Below are positions 46,725-60,125 of a stretch of DNA of 64,000 bases, in pieces (the first letter of the stretch is position 1; each line of letters opens with the position of its first letter). The notes under the pieces are model-generated. The model had not been told where the DNA came from. It did no database searches and saw nothing but the letters and a program-made list of their open reading frames with translations. Both the position numbers and the translations under genes were made by a program. The stretch lies in NCBI RefSeq assembly GCF_009914755.1, contig NC_060938.1. One strand, written 5' to 3'. Origin of the DNA: the human T2T-CHM13v2.0 reference genome, Homo sapiens.

Positions 46725-47945
46725 AAACGTGCCTTTGAGCCCCAGGGCCTGTTGTCAGATGCCTCGATGCCTTGGGCCCCACCCTCCTGCTGGAGCTGTG
46801 AGCCCTTCCTGCTCGAGCTGTTCATCTTTAACCTAGGGAAATTCTGACTTTGTATTTTCAAAGAGTCCTCCTCCAGCGACCTGTTCTCCCTGGGGTGAAC
46901 AGGAGGATGCCCACACCTCCCCAGGCTCCAAGACCCTGCCCCCACCACTGTGTGTTCTGGGGAAACCCCACCACCACCCGTGTCCAGCTCTGGCCCCTTC
47001 CCCGGGGCACCTCTGAGCCTCTGGGTGGTTCTTCCTGGGCCTCTGCCCTGCCCCGGCCCCTCTGTGCATGCCTAGTCCACCTCTTCTTGCTGGCATAGGT
47101 GGGCACTTTGCTTCTTTCTCTTCCAGGGCTGCGCACCTGCCATGCCAGCCGCCTCCCCCTGAGACCCATCTCCCCCGGGAACAGACCCACAAGGTGGGAG
47201 GTGATAGCACCCGCCGACGGCACACAGGCCCTCTGAGACCCGCAGGAGCCGAAAGTGCCTGAGGGGCTGGGCCCAGGTCCTCTTTGCCCGCGGCGTGTTC
47301 CAAGCCTGTGGACAGTTCTCACTTAGTCCTGTCTCCTCTGTTGGTCTGTTTTGCTCCCGACCGTGGTTCCAGGACTACGAAGGCAACAGAGGGGCGTCAC
47401 GTGTTCTGGGTGTGCCCCGACACCCCATGGGGCCCCTGGGACACCAGGGCAGCCTGGCGCAAGAGAGGGTCCCCGTCATGGGATGGGGCGGGTGGGGCTG
47501 GGTGGTGGGTACTTGGGGCAGGGCCTGCGGGTGCTCCCTAGACCACCCTCACTGGGCAGTGCCTTCCGGAGAGTGCAGGGGCGGGCCCAGCAGCAGCAGG
47601 AGGTGTCCACCATGGGCTTCAGATGCAGCCACAGGCTTGGAGGCCAGAGCTCATAAATGACGAGGCTCTGGCCTGGGCCGCGGAGTCTGGCCCAAGGAGA
47701 AGACACAAGTCACTTTCTCTCCCTCAGCCCAATTCCCAGCCCCCCATGGAGCTGGGAGAACAGGGGTGGCTTCTTCCTCCTCCACCTCGGCTCCCGAGTG
47801 CTGCTTCTCCTGGGACTTCCGACATGGCTCCCTCGTCCATCCCCATCTGGCATTGCCCTTAGGATGTGGGAGGGGTGCCCGCTGCCCCAGACCTTTGCAG
47901 ACGATGCCCTGGTTCTCTGGGTAGCACATCAGCCCATAAAGCATT

Positions 47946-48654
47946 CTCCACGCTGACCCCACACACCCCCCGCAGGACCCTCAGACCCCACGCTGACCCC
48001 ACACACCCCCGCAGGACCCTCGGTCTCCACGCTGACCCCACACACCCCCGCAGGACCCTCGGTCTCCACGCTGACCCCACACACCCCCGCAGGACCCTCG
48101 GTCTCCACGCTGACCCCACACACCCCCACAGGACCCTCGGTCTCCACGCTGACCCCACACATCCCCGCAGGACTCTCGGGCTCCACGCTGACCCCACACA
48201 CCCCCGCAGGACCCTCGGTCTCCACGCTGACCCCACACACCCCCGCAGGACCCTCGGTCTCCACGCTGACCCCACACACCCCCGCAGGACCCTCGGTCTC
48301 CACGCTGACCCCACACATCCCCGCAGGACCCTCGGTCTCCACGCTGACCCCACACATCCCCGCAGGACTCTCGGGCTCCACGCTGACCCCACACACCCCC
48401 GCAGGACCCTCGGTCTGCACGCTGACCCCACACACCCCCGCAGGACCCTCGGTCTCCACGCTGACCCCACACATCCCCGCAGGACTCTCGGGCTCCACGC
48501 TGACCCCACACACCCCCGCAGGACCCTCGGTCTCCACGCTGACCCCACACACCCCCGCAGGACCCTCGGTCTCCATGCTGACCCCACACACCCCCGCAGG
48601 ACCCTCGGTCTGCACGCTGACCCCACACATCCCCGCAGGACTCTCGGGCTCCAC
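47946..48654. repeat. 39-bp VNTR, ~18 copies
   Basis: CTCCACGCTGACCCCACACACCCCCGCAGGACCCTCGGT, highly homogeneous. Confidence 0.95.
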
Positions 48655-50916
48655 CTCCTGCTCGGCCCAGCCGCATTCCCCAACCACGGCAGGGTCTCCC
48701 CAAGACAGAGCAGCCAAACAGGCCCACAGCAGGGCTGGGGGCTGCAAGCCTTGCCTGGGGGCAGGGGCTGGGCTGGCCTCACAGTTTTAGGGAACGCCTT
48801 ATGGTCCCTTCCTGGGAAGAGGAGGGAGGGTGTGGCAAGTCAGAGGAGGACACATCTGCCCTCCTCTCCCCAGCCCACCCTGTACATGGGGACTCCGGAA
48901 ACCACCGCCAGGCACAGAATAGACCTGCCGCACTCAGGCCCACCCAGCCCCTCCTTCGATAGGCCCCCAGCCCTGCTCCTGCCGGCACCCGCCTTGTGGA
49001 CGTGTGTCACCTGGGGCTGGCCGCTGGACCGAGGCCCCCATTCCTGGCCCCTAGGCGCCCCTGGGTCTCGAAGGGAAACGGCTCAGCCCAGGGCCCCAGC
49101 ACCAAGTGAGCCCCAGCCCCCGTTGCAGAGCAAGCCCACCCGGAAAGCGCTAGCCCAGGGAACAATGCCCTTCGTGTGACAGACTTTCCCCTCTGTGAGA
49201 GAAAATAGAGTTCAGTAGAATGGCAACTTCCTGCATTTGTGCCTGTGCCTGAAGGGGTGATTCACGCACGGACCTCCCACAAAGACAGCCCCCACACCGC
49301 GCCCCAGCCAACACCGCCAGGCCCAGTGTCCCAGAGCCTCCCCGCTCTGCCAGCCCCCCGGGGCCGGGCCAGGGCCCACTGCCCTTCCAGGGAGCCCCTG
49401 CCTTCTTCCTAGGCTTCAGCTCCACACCCAGCAGCCAGAACACACGCATCAACACAGCTGGTGTAAATCACGGAGGGCTTCCTGAGGAGCCAGGCACAGG
49501 GTGCTTGGGCACTGAGGGGCTGTGGTGAGGGCAGGCTGTGGGTGCCCAGGCAGCAAGGGTGGGGTGGGAGTGGTGGTCATGGAGCCCACAGTGGCTGGGG
49601 AGTGGGGGGTGTCCCTGGACATGGGGAGGCCAGGGAGGGCCACTGTACAGGGGCCATGGCTGCAGGTGCCCAGTGCCTGCGGGTCCTGGAAAGCATGTGC
49701 TCCTGAGTGAGCCCAGAGCCCATGGGACATCTGACCTGCCAGGGGACAGTCCTTCATGGTAAAGGAAACTTGAGGGCACCCCAACATCTTTCCCTTCTGG
49801 AGAAGAGAGGTGGAGGGCAACATCTCAGTGGGAGATCTAAAGAAGGTGCAGGAGGAGTCAGCGGAGGTTCCTGCCAACCGAGGCATAGCTCCTCTGCACC
49901 CCGCCCCCAGCTTCCGGGAGAATCCACCCAGCTCCAAATCATTGCTCTGAGGGCCCAGCCGCCGTCAGTCTCTCCCCAGCTCTGTATACAACCTGTGTGT
50001 GGTCCCCAAGCCTGAGGAGCTCCTGCTACCACGAGGCAGCCTGGAACCCGCCCCCAGACCACTGCCCTTCCTGGGACCACTTGCCTCCTGGTCTCTCTTG
50101 GGCAGAGACCCGGCCAACCACCCTGGGGCCTCTGGTCTTCAAGGTTCTCACCCCCTCCCCTCTTCCTTCCATCCCCCAAGTCTCCCCTTAGGAGTCTCTA
50201 GCACACAGAGACTGTGGGACCACCCTGCCCCCGGGGGACACACATGCCCTCCTCTGCCACCAGGTGAAGATGGCTGTGACGAGGCTGTGTGCAGACATCC
50301 TGACGCAGGAGCCAGTAGACAATGCCCAGCTGCCCAGCGCTGGCCCCGCATCACACTGGCATCGTGCCCAGGCAGCCCCAGCTCTGAGGCTCCTCCCACC
50401 CACCACCCAGCTCTCTTACCTCCATCCTTCCCAGCACCCCTGCGTCAGTCAGGCTCTCCCTGCTGCTGTGCCTCCTCCCCTCTCTATCCTTCACCTGCAT
50501 TTCCCCAGCTGAATCGCACCTGCATGGGATCCTGGTGTCCTCTTCTCAGAGGACCTGAGCTCACACAGGAGACTCAGATTCAGGGCCCTGTTCCATTTCC
50601 TGGGCTGTGTGCCCTCTGGCTCCTTATGCCAAGGGCTGCCTCCCCACTTCTCTGGTTCATAGGCAGCATGGCATGGCTCCCCAGAGTGCCCCGGTTCGTG
50701 CCAGGCCCTTCATAAACACGTGCTGCTGCTTGTAGAGTGCCCACTAAGATCTGGCACCTCCTTTCACCTGTGTGAACTCCCCCAGGAGCCTCAGAGGCAG
50801 GGAAGACTTGTCCAAGGGACAAGCAGCTGGGCTGGGATGGCCATTGGCTTGCTCTCATCGAGTTCCCGGGAGGAGCTGTAGGTGGGAATGCTGAAAGCCA
50901 TGTGCACGTGGCCCCC

Positions 50917-51215
50917 AGGCCCACCGTGCCCGTGAGCTGGAGGGTGGGGGACCTCCTGTCCACCTGGGGCCCACTGTGCCTGTGAGCTGGAGGGTGGGGG
51001 ACCTCCTCTGCACCTGGGGCCCACTGTGCCTGTAAGCTGGAGGGTGGGGGACCTCCTCTCCACCTGGGGCCCACTGTGCCTGGGAGCTGGAGGGTGGGGG
51101 GCCTCCTCTCCACCCGGGGCCCGCTGTACTCATGAGCTGGAGGGTGGGGGGCCTCCTCCCCACCTGGGGCCCACCGTGCCCGTGAGCTGGAGGGTGGGGG
51201 GCCTCCTCTCCACCA
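50917..51215. repeat. 50-bp VNTR, ~6 copies
   Basis: CCACTGTGCCTGTGAGCTGGAGGGTGGGGGACCTCCTCTCCACCTGGGGC. Confidence 0.93.
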
Positions 51216-52379
51216 GGGAAGGCTGCCTCCGCATCTCCCACACTCTCTTGCTGACTTCCCTGGAAGCTCTGTCCAAGGAAGTCCAGAAGGAGGAGGGACA
51301 GGCCATGTTTGTCCGTCAGTGGCAACTTCAGGTGATGATGGTGGTGGCGGACATGGGGACAGAAAGAGGCAGTGGTGATGACGGCAGGGACGTCAGCAAG
51401 AGGGGGTGAACCACTGGCCCAATCTGTGGGGACACGGCAGCAGTGGGACCTGGCTAGCACCCCCCCCAACCCCACCTGCCGGCTGCCTCTTGCAGCAGGA
51501 AATTGATTTCCGGCTTGCCAGACTCTCCTCTCTACGTTCCTGCATCCCCTCCAAGCTGTTCGCATTAAGTTCTGCTGTTTGAAATCCCCGCGGTGGCTTC
51601 CGTTTGCTGATTGAGTTGGCCTGAGTCAGGGCCAGGGCTTTGCTGGGAAGGCACCCAGGGGGTCTCGGAAAAAGGAACTGCAGGAGACCCCAGGGCACAT
51701 GGTGGGAAGTGAGCAGCGGCTGTGGCCATCCTGCTCCAGCTGGTTCAGTGGCCTCGAGTGCCATGGGGAGCTCTGGTGGGCACCGGTGGGCTGTGGCACT
51801 GGTGCCAACTCCCCCTCCCACCAGCTCCCAGAGACCCAGCCCCAGCTACGGGTGAGCTTACAACCGATGGCCAGCCAACCAGGGTGCTGTGCTGGGCGAA
51901 CCTGTGGGGCCTGGTGAATGGGCAGCGTGGAGCACAGGGGAGAGAGGACGAGGGGGTGGAGACGGCCTCAGATGGTCAGGAGCGCCGCAGGGCCCCCGTG
52001 AAGGAGGGATGAACCCTGGCCGCATCACTCCCCTCCCAGGCCTCAGCCCCTCTTCCCAGCCCACGGTCCTGGGTGGGCGTCTTCCGCATGGGAGGCCGTG
52101 GGCGCTGGGTTTTCACGACCCTGAAACTTGAGCCTGCCCTCGCTCTCTCTGAGCCTGTCATCCAGCAGGGAGCAGAGGAAGGCTGCAGAGCTGGGAGGGG
52201 CACCCTCTGTCTCAGGGTCTTCCTCCTCCTTCCTCCACCCGCCCCCAGCGCCGCAGGATCTGGAGGCGGGAGCCCCGCCCTCACAGTGTCCCCCTGGAGG
52301 GGACATCCCGCTCCTGCCCCCGCCCTGCAGACCGCACACCGAGCCCCAGCCTCACTCCCCAGCCCCCGGGAGCCCCGAG

Positions 52380-52830
52380 CCAGGTCTGCCGTCGCCTCTG
52401 ACCCCAGGCTGGGCCGGCCTCCTCGTCTGGGCCTCGGCTCGGAGGGTTTCCTGCCCGCCCGCTCCTAGCCTGGCAGGAAGCGGACACCTCAGAACAAAGG
52501 GACCGGCGGACAATGGCCATTGAATTGGGCCGGGGCGCTCGCGCAGGGACAGGCCGCCAGCTGCCCGCGCTGATAAGACCCTCCCCGCGGCGCCCGGCGC
52601 GGGGGCTAATGCCCGGCTCGGCCTTCCCTCCTTCGCGGCCTGGGCCTCGGCAGGTGCGGCCGGGACTCGGGACCGCAGGCCGGGAGTGGGAGGCTCAGCT
52701 GCGGCCTCAGGGGGCCGTGCCCGCCCCGCTGGGGACTAAAGAGGAGCCAGCGCCCGGGACCAATCCCAGGAGCGCACCGGGGAGCCACCCTAGCACCTGC
52801 CCCCCGACCCTGCCCCGCGGTCTGACCCCC
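52380..52830. promoter_or_regulatory. Orphan CpG-rich element (enhancer or promoter-like)
   Basis: Local CpG enrichment far from any coding exon, with SOX, GATA and E-box motifs. Confidence 0.55.
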
Positions 52831-55800
52831 CCTTGGATCTGGCCCCGCCTCTACCTCCCCCGACGAACTGAACCCCCTGGGATCTGGCCCTGCCCCTTGC
52901 ACCTGACCCTGCCCGGAGATCTGAACCCCTAGGATACGGCGGGTCCCGCAGTCTGGGCCCTCTATGATCTGACCCCGTCCCTGCACCTGACCCCGCCCTG
53001 GGGTCTGGGGGTCCGGCCCAAGCCCTGGGCAGGCGGGGTCGGGGTGGGGGGCGAGAGTATGTGGGGGCCAGACTCTACCCAGCTGCCTGAGAGCCTGGCC
53101 CTTGTGCACGCCAAGGAAGCCGCGCTTTTAAGAGGGCGTGATGTTTGGTATTTCCCCAAAATGCACCAGACGTCATGACACTGGAGAGCCTCAGGGCTTG
53201 GCTGCGTTTCCTTCGCATTGTTTTGGACAGAATGACAGCCAGGGAGGGCTGGCCACGTGGCTGCAGCATCTCCTGGCTTTCTGCAGGGTTCGGTCACTTG
53301 CTGTCCCCAGGGGCAGCCTGGGCCTCATGCCTGTGTATGCGGCAAGGGGACATGGGGTGGGGGGGGTCTGCTCCAAGGAACATCCTCCCCAGCTGGGCCT
53401 CAGGGCAGGGCCATCGGGAGGGAGAGGCCACATTCCTGCCCACCCCCCACCCCCCTGGACTCTGCAGGACTGTCCGACAGCCTCCGAGTCCTCGAGGGCC
53501 ATGTTTCCGGAAGACTCTCCTTGAAGACTCTACCTCCTCCCGAGGCCTGGGGCAGCTCTGTGTTGGCAGAGACTGAACCTAGGACCAGTGAAGAGGCGGC
53601 TCCCTGTCCCCCATCCCCAGGCCTGAGCACCCAGGGAGATCAGGAGTCAGCGCTGTGCTGGCTCCAGAGGGCTCAGGGGCACCACGTTCCCACTCGAATC
53701 TGGGAAGGCTTTGTGTGGGCAGGTGCAGAGCTGTCATTAGGGCAAGGGCCGGGAGGGGTTGGGGTGTCTCAGCGTTTTCCCGCAGCAGCCTGGCACCTGG
53801 CTGCCCCAGGATTAGATAATCACACAGGAGGGGTGTGGCACTGGGAGGGGTCAGGGGCTGGGGGCTGAAGGAGGAGCAAGAACTCAAGGTTTGGGGAAAC
53901 TGAGGCAGCCCCTCTCTTCTGGGCAGGATGAGATAGCCCAGGCCCACTTTGGTCTTGGCAAGCCCCAGACAGACGTCCAGCCCATGGCACTTCTTGCCAT
54001 CATCTCTACCAGCCACAGACCCCTCCCTCAGCAAGCCACTGGCCAGGACAGGGATGACACAAGGTGAGCAGAGTCAGGACAAAGAGACACTTGCCAGCTG
54101 CAGAGGTCCCAGAGCAGGTTCTGGCCCAGCCATGGGGGTGAGGGTGGCAAGGAAGGCTTCTTGGAGGTGGCACTTGGGTTGAGTTTGCCAAGGGAGGAGG
54201 TGACAGAGGAAAGGCGTGACAGGCAGGGACAGCGGGGCATAGACCCCAGTCAGGGGAAAGCCGGGTGCTGACAGGGAGGGCAAGGAGTCCCAGGGGCACA
54301 GGTGGGGACAGCAGGAGCTGAGGCCATGCTGGACCAGGGACAGGAGCAAGGCTCTGGAGTGGCAACCTGGAGGCGGTGGCAAGCCATGGCAGGGCAGGTG
54401 GATAGTGGTGACTGCTTATTTGCTGGGGTCCCCAGGAGTCAGGTCAGGTGGGGGTACCAGGGAGAGGGTGCTGGGGCTGTGACCAGAGCTCTAGGGAAGC
54501 TCCCCTATGCAGGTCCTACAGGACCACCTTGGCAGCGGTGGTGCTGAGCATGATCACCCTGGGCCCCTGCTGGTGGGCTGGGGTGGTGACCACAGTATGC
54601 CAGAAATGCTGGGGTGCTGCAGGCTGCCTTCTGGCTCAGGGGCTCTGAGCATCGTTGCCCAACCAGGGCCCCGCCATCCAAGGAGCCAGCCCCAGAGTGC
54701 CCTACCATGTGCTGTGAGCACCCCCCTCTCCTGGGTACCCCTGAACCCTCTCCGAAGCCTGGTCAAGTGGATACCTGCCTGCCACACCCTCCTCCACCTC
54801 ACTGGCCTGGCCCTGGTTGTGGCCCTGCTGGGACCACCGTCTCCACTCCACCCTGATCCATAGCCCTTCTGTAGCCTCCTTCCTGTGTGAGCAGAAGCTT
54901 CCTGGGTCTCCCTGCACCCACTGGGACAGATCCTGCACGCCCCCGGTGCTCAGCCACGCAGGTCATGGCGTTTGTGCATTCTGTTTTCTGAGCCATCCAG
55001 CCCAGGCGGTGGACACCGGCGTCCAGCCCCAGCTCTCAGGCCACAGGAAGTGGGAGGTCCAGCGGCTTCCATTCCTGCCCTCGATCAGCCCTTGCTGCTT
55101 CCTGCGGCCAGGCCCCCGCTGGCGCCGGGCGGCCTGGTGAGCAGTGACTCATCCAGAGCCCAGCACCCGAACATCCCACTCCCGGCTCTCAGCAGAGGAC
55201 CCCGTCCCCACCTCACCCCACCATCTGGCCTGGGCTGCAGGACTGCCACCGCCCAGCACACACCTCCTCCTCAGTGGCCCTGCACCTGCTCCCACCCACC
55301 GGCTGGGGGTCCTCCACTATAAAGAGCATGACACCCCAGCCTCAGGGGACTCCAGCCCCCCACTCTCAGAGGCCCTTGCTGTCCCTGGCTGTGGGGCTCT
55401 GCCCACCTCTGCCCTGCTCTCCCTACCTCTGCCCTGCTCTCCCTAGAGCCACCAGCCCTGCCGTCACACACCCTCTGTTGCCTGAGTCCTAGGTTGGAAG
55501 GCCTACCTACCTCTACACCTGGGACCTTCTGTAGCCCATTTCAGCCGGCCAGCCCCTCCTCTGGGAAGGCTTATGGGCTCCTGAGAGCCCTCTCAGCCCC
55601 GCCTCATTGAGGCTGCCTCTCCTGCCTCCACCCCATGGACCTTGTCTTTGAGCTTGGTGTGTCCCCAAGGCAGAACTCACCCTCCAACCCCATCCTATTG
55701 CGACCCTCGCCCAACTCGCCTGGAGACACTGCACCGGTCAGGATGAGAATGGAAGTTGGGCCGGAAGTTGGGCCGGGCAGCAGAGAAAGCTCCGAGGAAG

Positions 55801-58800
55801 CTCCCCTGTGCAGGGTGCCCCGACCCCAAATCCAGGTGGCCACCCCATTTAAGTGACAAAGGAGCTAGCTGCCTCAGTGGACTCCTTCCCTCCCTAGAGG
55901 CCTCCTCTCCCATCGGCGAGGCTCCTGCCCTCCTCATGACACTGTCACACACGCCCAATACCTGCAAGAGGGCTGCACCCACACAGGCACTGAGGGCCCC
56001 TCAGGCTGCCACCCCACACAGCCCACCCAGCTGTCCCGCAGCGCCTCCTGATGGCCAGGGCCCGAGGGGCCTCCCCCAGCTTGCAGAGCCTGCGAGCATC
56101 CTGTGCATGGGTATGTACAGATGCACCTGTCCCCCAGTGGCCATGTGACCACCACACCCCTCCCCTTGGTGGGCTGGGAAATACTGTCTCTGAATAGCAA
56201 CCTCCCCGGGAGCCAGGCCGGGACACACCAGCCCAAGAGCGTGCCCAGGGCCCTCCAAGGCCACCAGCAGGCTGCTGAGCCCTGATTTTCACCTCCCAGG
56301 ATCACATCATCCCAGGCTCTTCCAGCCCCAGGCCCTCCACACATTACAGGCCCCTAAATTTGGCCCCACCTGAACCTACTCCTTTCCGCTGTCCCCCTCC
56401 CCTAATAACAAATCCCTGCTGAGACCTTCACCAGGGAGCCAGTCTCATCTCCTCCTCCACCCACCTCCCGGCCCCACCCAGGGACACCCCCATCCTCTGG
56501 GCCCTTCTCCATCCCCTCCCCAGAGTGCTCCAAAATGGAACTAAGCATGCGCTCTGCTCACAGCCCCACAGCCCACCCTCCAGCAGCTGGCAAGACCACT
56601 TCTCCTCTGCCGGCCGGCCGCTGCGCCTCACGCCCTGATTTCCCTGCACAAACTTGTGCCTATGGATCTTGTTGGGGAGGGGGTGGCTCGAAGCGCATCT
56701 CCCCTACAAGGACAGGGGCGCTGGCCTGTGGGCAGCACTTCCCGGTTCCCTGCTTCATCCTCGCCGACTCTGCGCACGCACTTGGCTGTCAGGCTTTCTC
56801 CACGCTTGCTGAGTGAATCCATGAACAAATGCATGAGAAACACGCATTTTCCAGAACCCCACGTGCAGCTGGAGGGAATGCTCCGGTCAGGGATTTGTGG
56901 GAGGGGAAGTCCGAAGGGGTGAGGCCTGGAGGGTGGGCTGTGTGGGGATGGCAGCCACTCCCCATCCTCCGGGCGCCGCGGGGGCAGAGCACAGAGACAG
57001 AAGCTCGAACATCGTCTCCATGCTGGGTACATGTCTCCCAGCATGTGTGTTCCTGGACCCCAGGCAGGCGAGGCTGTGGCCTGCAGGTGCTGACCCTAGC
57101 TCAGCCTCAGCCCACAGTGCCGCCTCCACCTGCCAGGTTCTGTGGCACCTGCAGTCCGGCCCTGCACTGCCGCCCAGGACCCCCACAGCGGCCAACTCAG
57201 CTCAATGGGTGGGTGGTCAAGGCTGGAGCAGAGCCATGGGGGCCAGCCCCCGAGGTGTGCTGGCGGCCGGGTTAGGCTGGGGTCATTTTCCCAGGCTCCA
57301 CCAAGGCGGGTACCTGGCAGACAACGTTATTGTCCACAGGGAGGCAGCAATGACTCAGTCGGGCTGGTGCAGAGGCCCCCGGCCGCAAAGGAAAGGAGGG
57401 TCCCCACATCGTCTGGCAGAGTGGGCACTGCCTCCCCTGGGCAGGTGTGACTGGGCCTTCTGCCCGGCCTCCTATCCCAATCTCAGTCCAGCTAGGGCCT
57501 CCTGGGCCTCTGTGGTCCCAGCTTTGCTGTTAAGTGGGTACATGTAACGCTCCCTCCCTGCCTGTCAGCGGGCCTGAGCTGCGGGCACTTCCCCAATCGA
57601 GGCCCCCCGGACTGCTCAGGAGTGCCCCGACCCCAGCTGTGGCTCCTCCCTGTCCAGGGTGAGCTGGGGTGTCAGTCCTGGGGGCATCAGTGATGGAACA
57701 GAGTCGGGTTGAGGTCAGGGTTGGGTCCCCCAGCCTAGCGCCCCTGACTTCACAGTTCCAGCCGTGCTCATTGTGTGGGGACAATGGCTTCCTGAGCCAG
57801 GTTCCTCTCCGGGCAGGAAAACCACACAGAACCTCCTCTTTGCCTCCGCCCACGGCCCCTTTGAAGGGCCTGGGCCAGCCTCAGGCACTGACTGCAGCCT
57901 TGGGGCCTGCCCCCGGCGCCACCTCTTACCAGCCTAGCCCAGGCCCCGGTCTCCCCAGGGACCTGCCAGTCCTCCAGACACGTAGTACAGGCTGCAGGGA
58001 CAGTTACTGACGGCCCAGGAAGCCGCCGGCCAGAACCATGCAGGCAGTGGGCTCAACACAGCATCAGAGCTTGGAAGGACGCAGAGTCCTGGGCCCGGAC
58101 TCCGTACAGGCTGGAGACGGAGGCAACCGACCCCCCTCGGTGCCTCCCAAGAGGCCAGGGTACATCTGCAGGGTGGCTGAGCCCTGTGGGGGCGGACAGC
58201 CAAGGGACCCTGGAGGGTGTTGGCCCTGGAGCAGGCGCACCTAGGCTGGAGAGGGCAGAGGGTCCTGGCACTCAAGGCCTGAGAAGGGCCATCTGTCCTC
58301 ACACAAGACAGGGGACTCGAAGCGGGGCTGCCTCAGGGCGTGTGCATGCCCTGCTTCCCCAGATGGTCCTGGGATGCCCCTGGAGATGCAGAAATTGGGG
58401 ACCAGTCCTGCAGGGGAAGGCAGGATTGAGGGCTTTCTAGAGTCACAGGTGGCAGGTGGGTCTGGCAGAGCTCTGCACTCTGAGGCCTCCAGCCGTCTGT
58501 TCACCTTGCTGGTGAAGGTCTTAGACCCCAGGCAGAGGAGGCTGGGATGTTCAGGCCTGGGGTGTGTCCAGGGCCCCACTAAGGTCTCTGGTGCCAGGAC
58601 TGGGACAGGGACTGGGATGCTGCAGGGGCAGGTAATCTCCTGAAGCCCCCAAGGCTCAGGGTTACTTTTCCTCCGAGCCTGTCTCCACCGTCTTGGCCAA
58701 GGGGTCCTCAGACCCTGAAAGGGAAGGACCGAGGAGGAAGGCGAGAAGGCCTTGCTGTGTGGGGTTGGGGGCCACCAGCCAGGCAGGGCTCCAAGATTCA

Positions 58801-59990
58801 ACAAAGACCTGATACAACAATTAAGAACATAAAGGCATCTTCGTGGCCTCCGGATTCACCAGATGGGGTGCAAGGTGGGCTTCATCACCCGGGAAAAGGC
58901 CAAGTGTCCCAAGAACATAAATGTCCGCTTCCAGATGGTGCCGCCCGTGGCCGCCAGGGGGCGGGCCAGCCGAGTCTCCCGGACACACTGGGCAGGCCGG
59001 TCCCGCAGGAGCCTGGATCCCGGGTGCCCATCCCTCAGCGGGTCCACGTCAGCCTGCTGTGTCTCGCTACCACCTCCAAGCTCCATGGGAGAACCACAGG
59101 GCGGCCCCCACCCACCATCACCCAGCTGTGGGGGCTGGGAAGGGCGTGCTCCACACTCCTTTGCCCGACTCCCTCAAACCAGGGGAGCGGGTGGCAGTCC
59201 CTGGTGGCAGACTCAGACTCTAGACAGTGACAAAAGAGCCCCCATTTCTGGCCCCAGGCCCAGCAGCTCCTCATGCAGCAGCCCCTGCCCCACCTGGAAC
59301 AGGACCAGAGAGCAGCAGCAGGCCTAGAAGAGGGCTTCTGTCAGTGTCTTGGAGGACACTGGGGGACAGACGGTGGAAAGAGGGGCTGGGAGGTGGAGGG
59401 AGGGGATGGGGGGGAGGTGAAGGGAGGGGTGGGGGATGGGGAGCAGGAGGCAGAGGGAGGGGTGGGGGCATCCTCAGGGGCTGCCCGGCATCTGCCCTCG
59501 CAGAACCTCTCATTCAGTGAGAGACCCTGCAGGTGTCCCTTGCTGCCCCAGTAATGCTCAGCCCAGGCCCAGGATTCCTGACCCACCCTGGCTGGGCTGA
59601 CCAGGGGCCTGTTTGGCAGAGGGGCAGACGTGGGCAACAGAAGGCACCTGGGGGTTGGGGGAGCCTGGGACTGTCTGCTGTCCCCTATTCCAGGGGCCTG
59701 GGCAGTGGGGGGGTCACGCTGGAGTGCTCACCCAGCCTGGCGCTGCCTCACTCCCCGAACTGCCAGGAAGCTCACCTCACTCCCCACTCTGTGGCCGAGG
59801 GATGGAGCAGGTGCCAGGTCACACAGCACTGGTGTGGGCTGGGTGACCATCAGGTGCTGGAGTTACCAGACACAAGCCCCCAGACCATCCCTCCCCGCTG
59901 CATCTGTGGGGAGTGGCTGCAGGGGCAGGCCTGGTGACTCCTGGGCCCTGTCACAGTGCCCCTGTGAGGAGAAACTACCATGAGCATCCC

Positions 59991-60125
59991 CAGCCAGGTG
60001 CGGTGGCTCACACCTGCAGTTCCAGCTACTCTGGGGGCCGAGGCAGGAGGATCGCTGGAGCCCAGGGATTTAAGGCCAGCCTGGGCAACATAGCATGACT
60101 CAATCTCAAAAAGAAATTTAAAAAT
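59991..60125 (+). mobile_element. Alu monomer (FLAM-like)
   Basis: GCCAGGTGCGGTGGCTCACACCTG...GGAGGATCGCTGGAGCCCAGG...AGCCTGGGCAACATAG. Confidence 0.85.

Noticed and set aside
47866-49179. 437-aa ORF with (HADPTHPRRTLGL)n and the overlapping minus-strand ORFs
   Set aside because: Product of a 39-bp (3n) VNTR lacking stops in several frames; no splice, promoter or domain evidence
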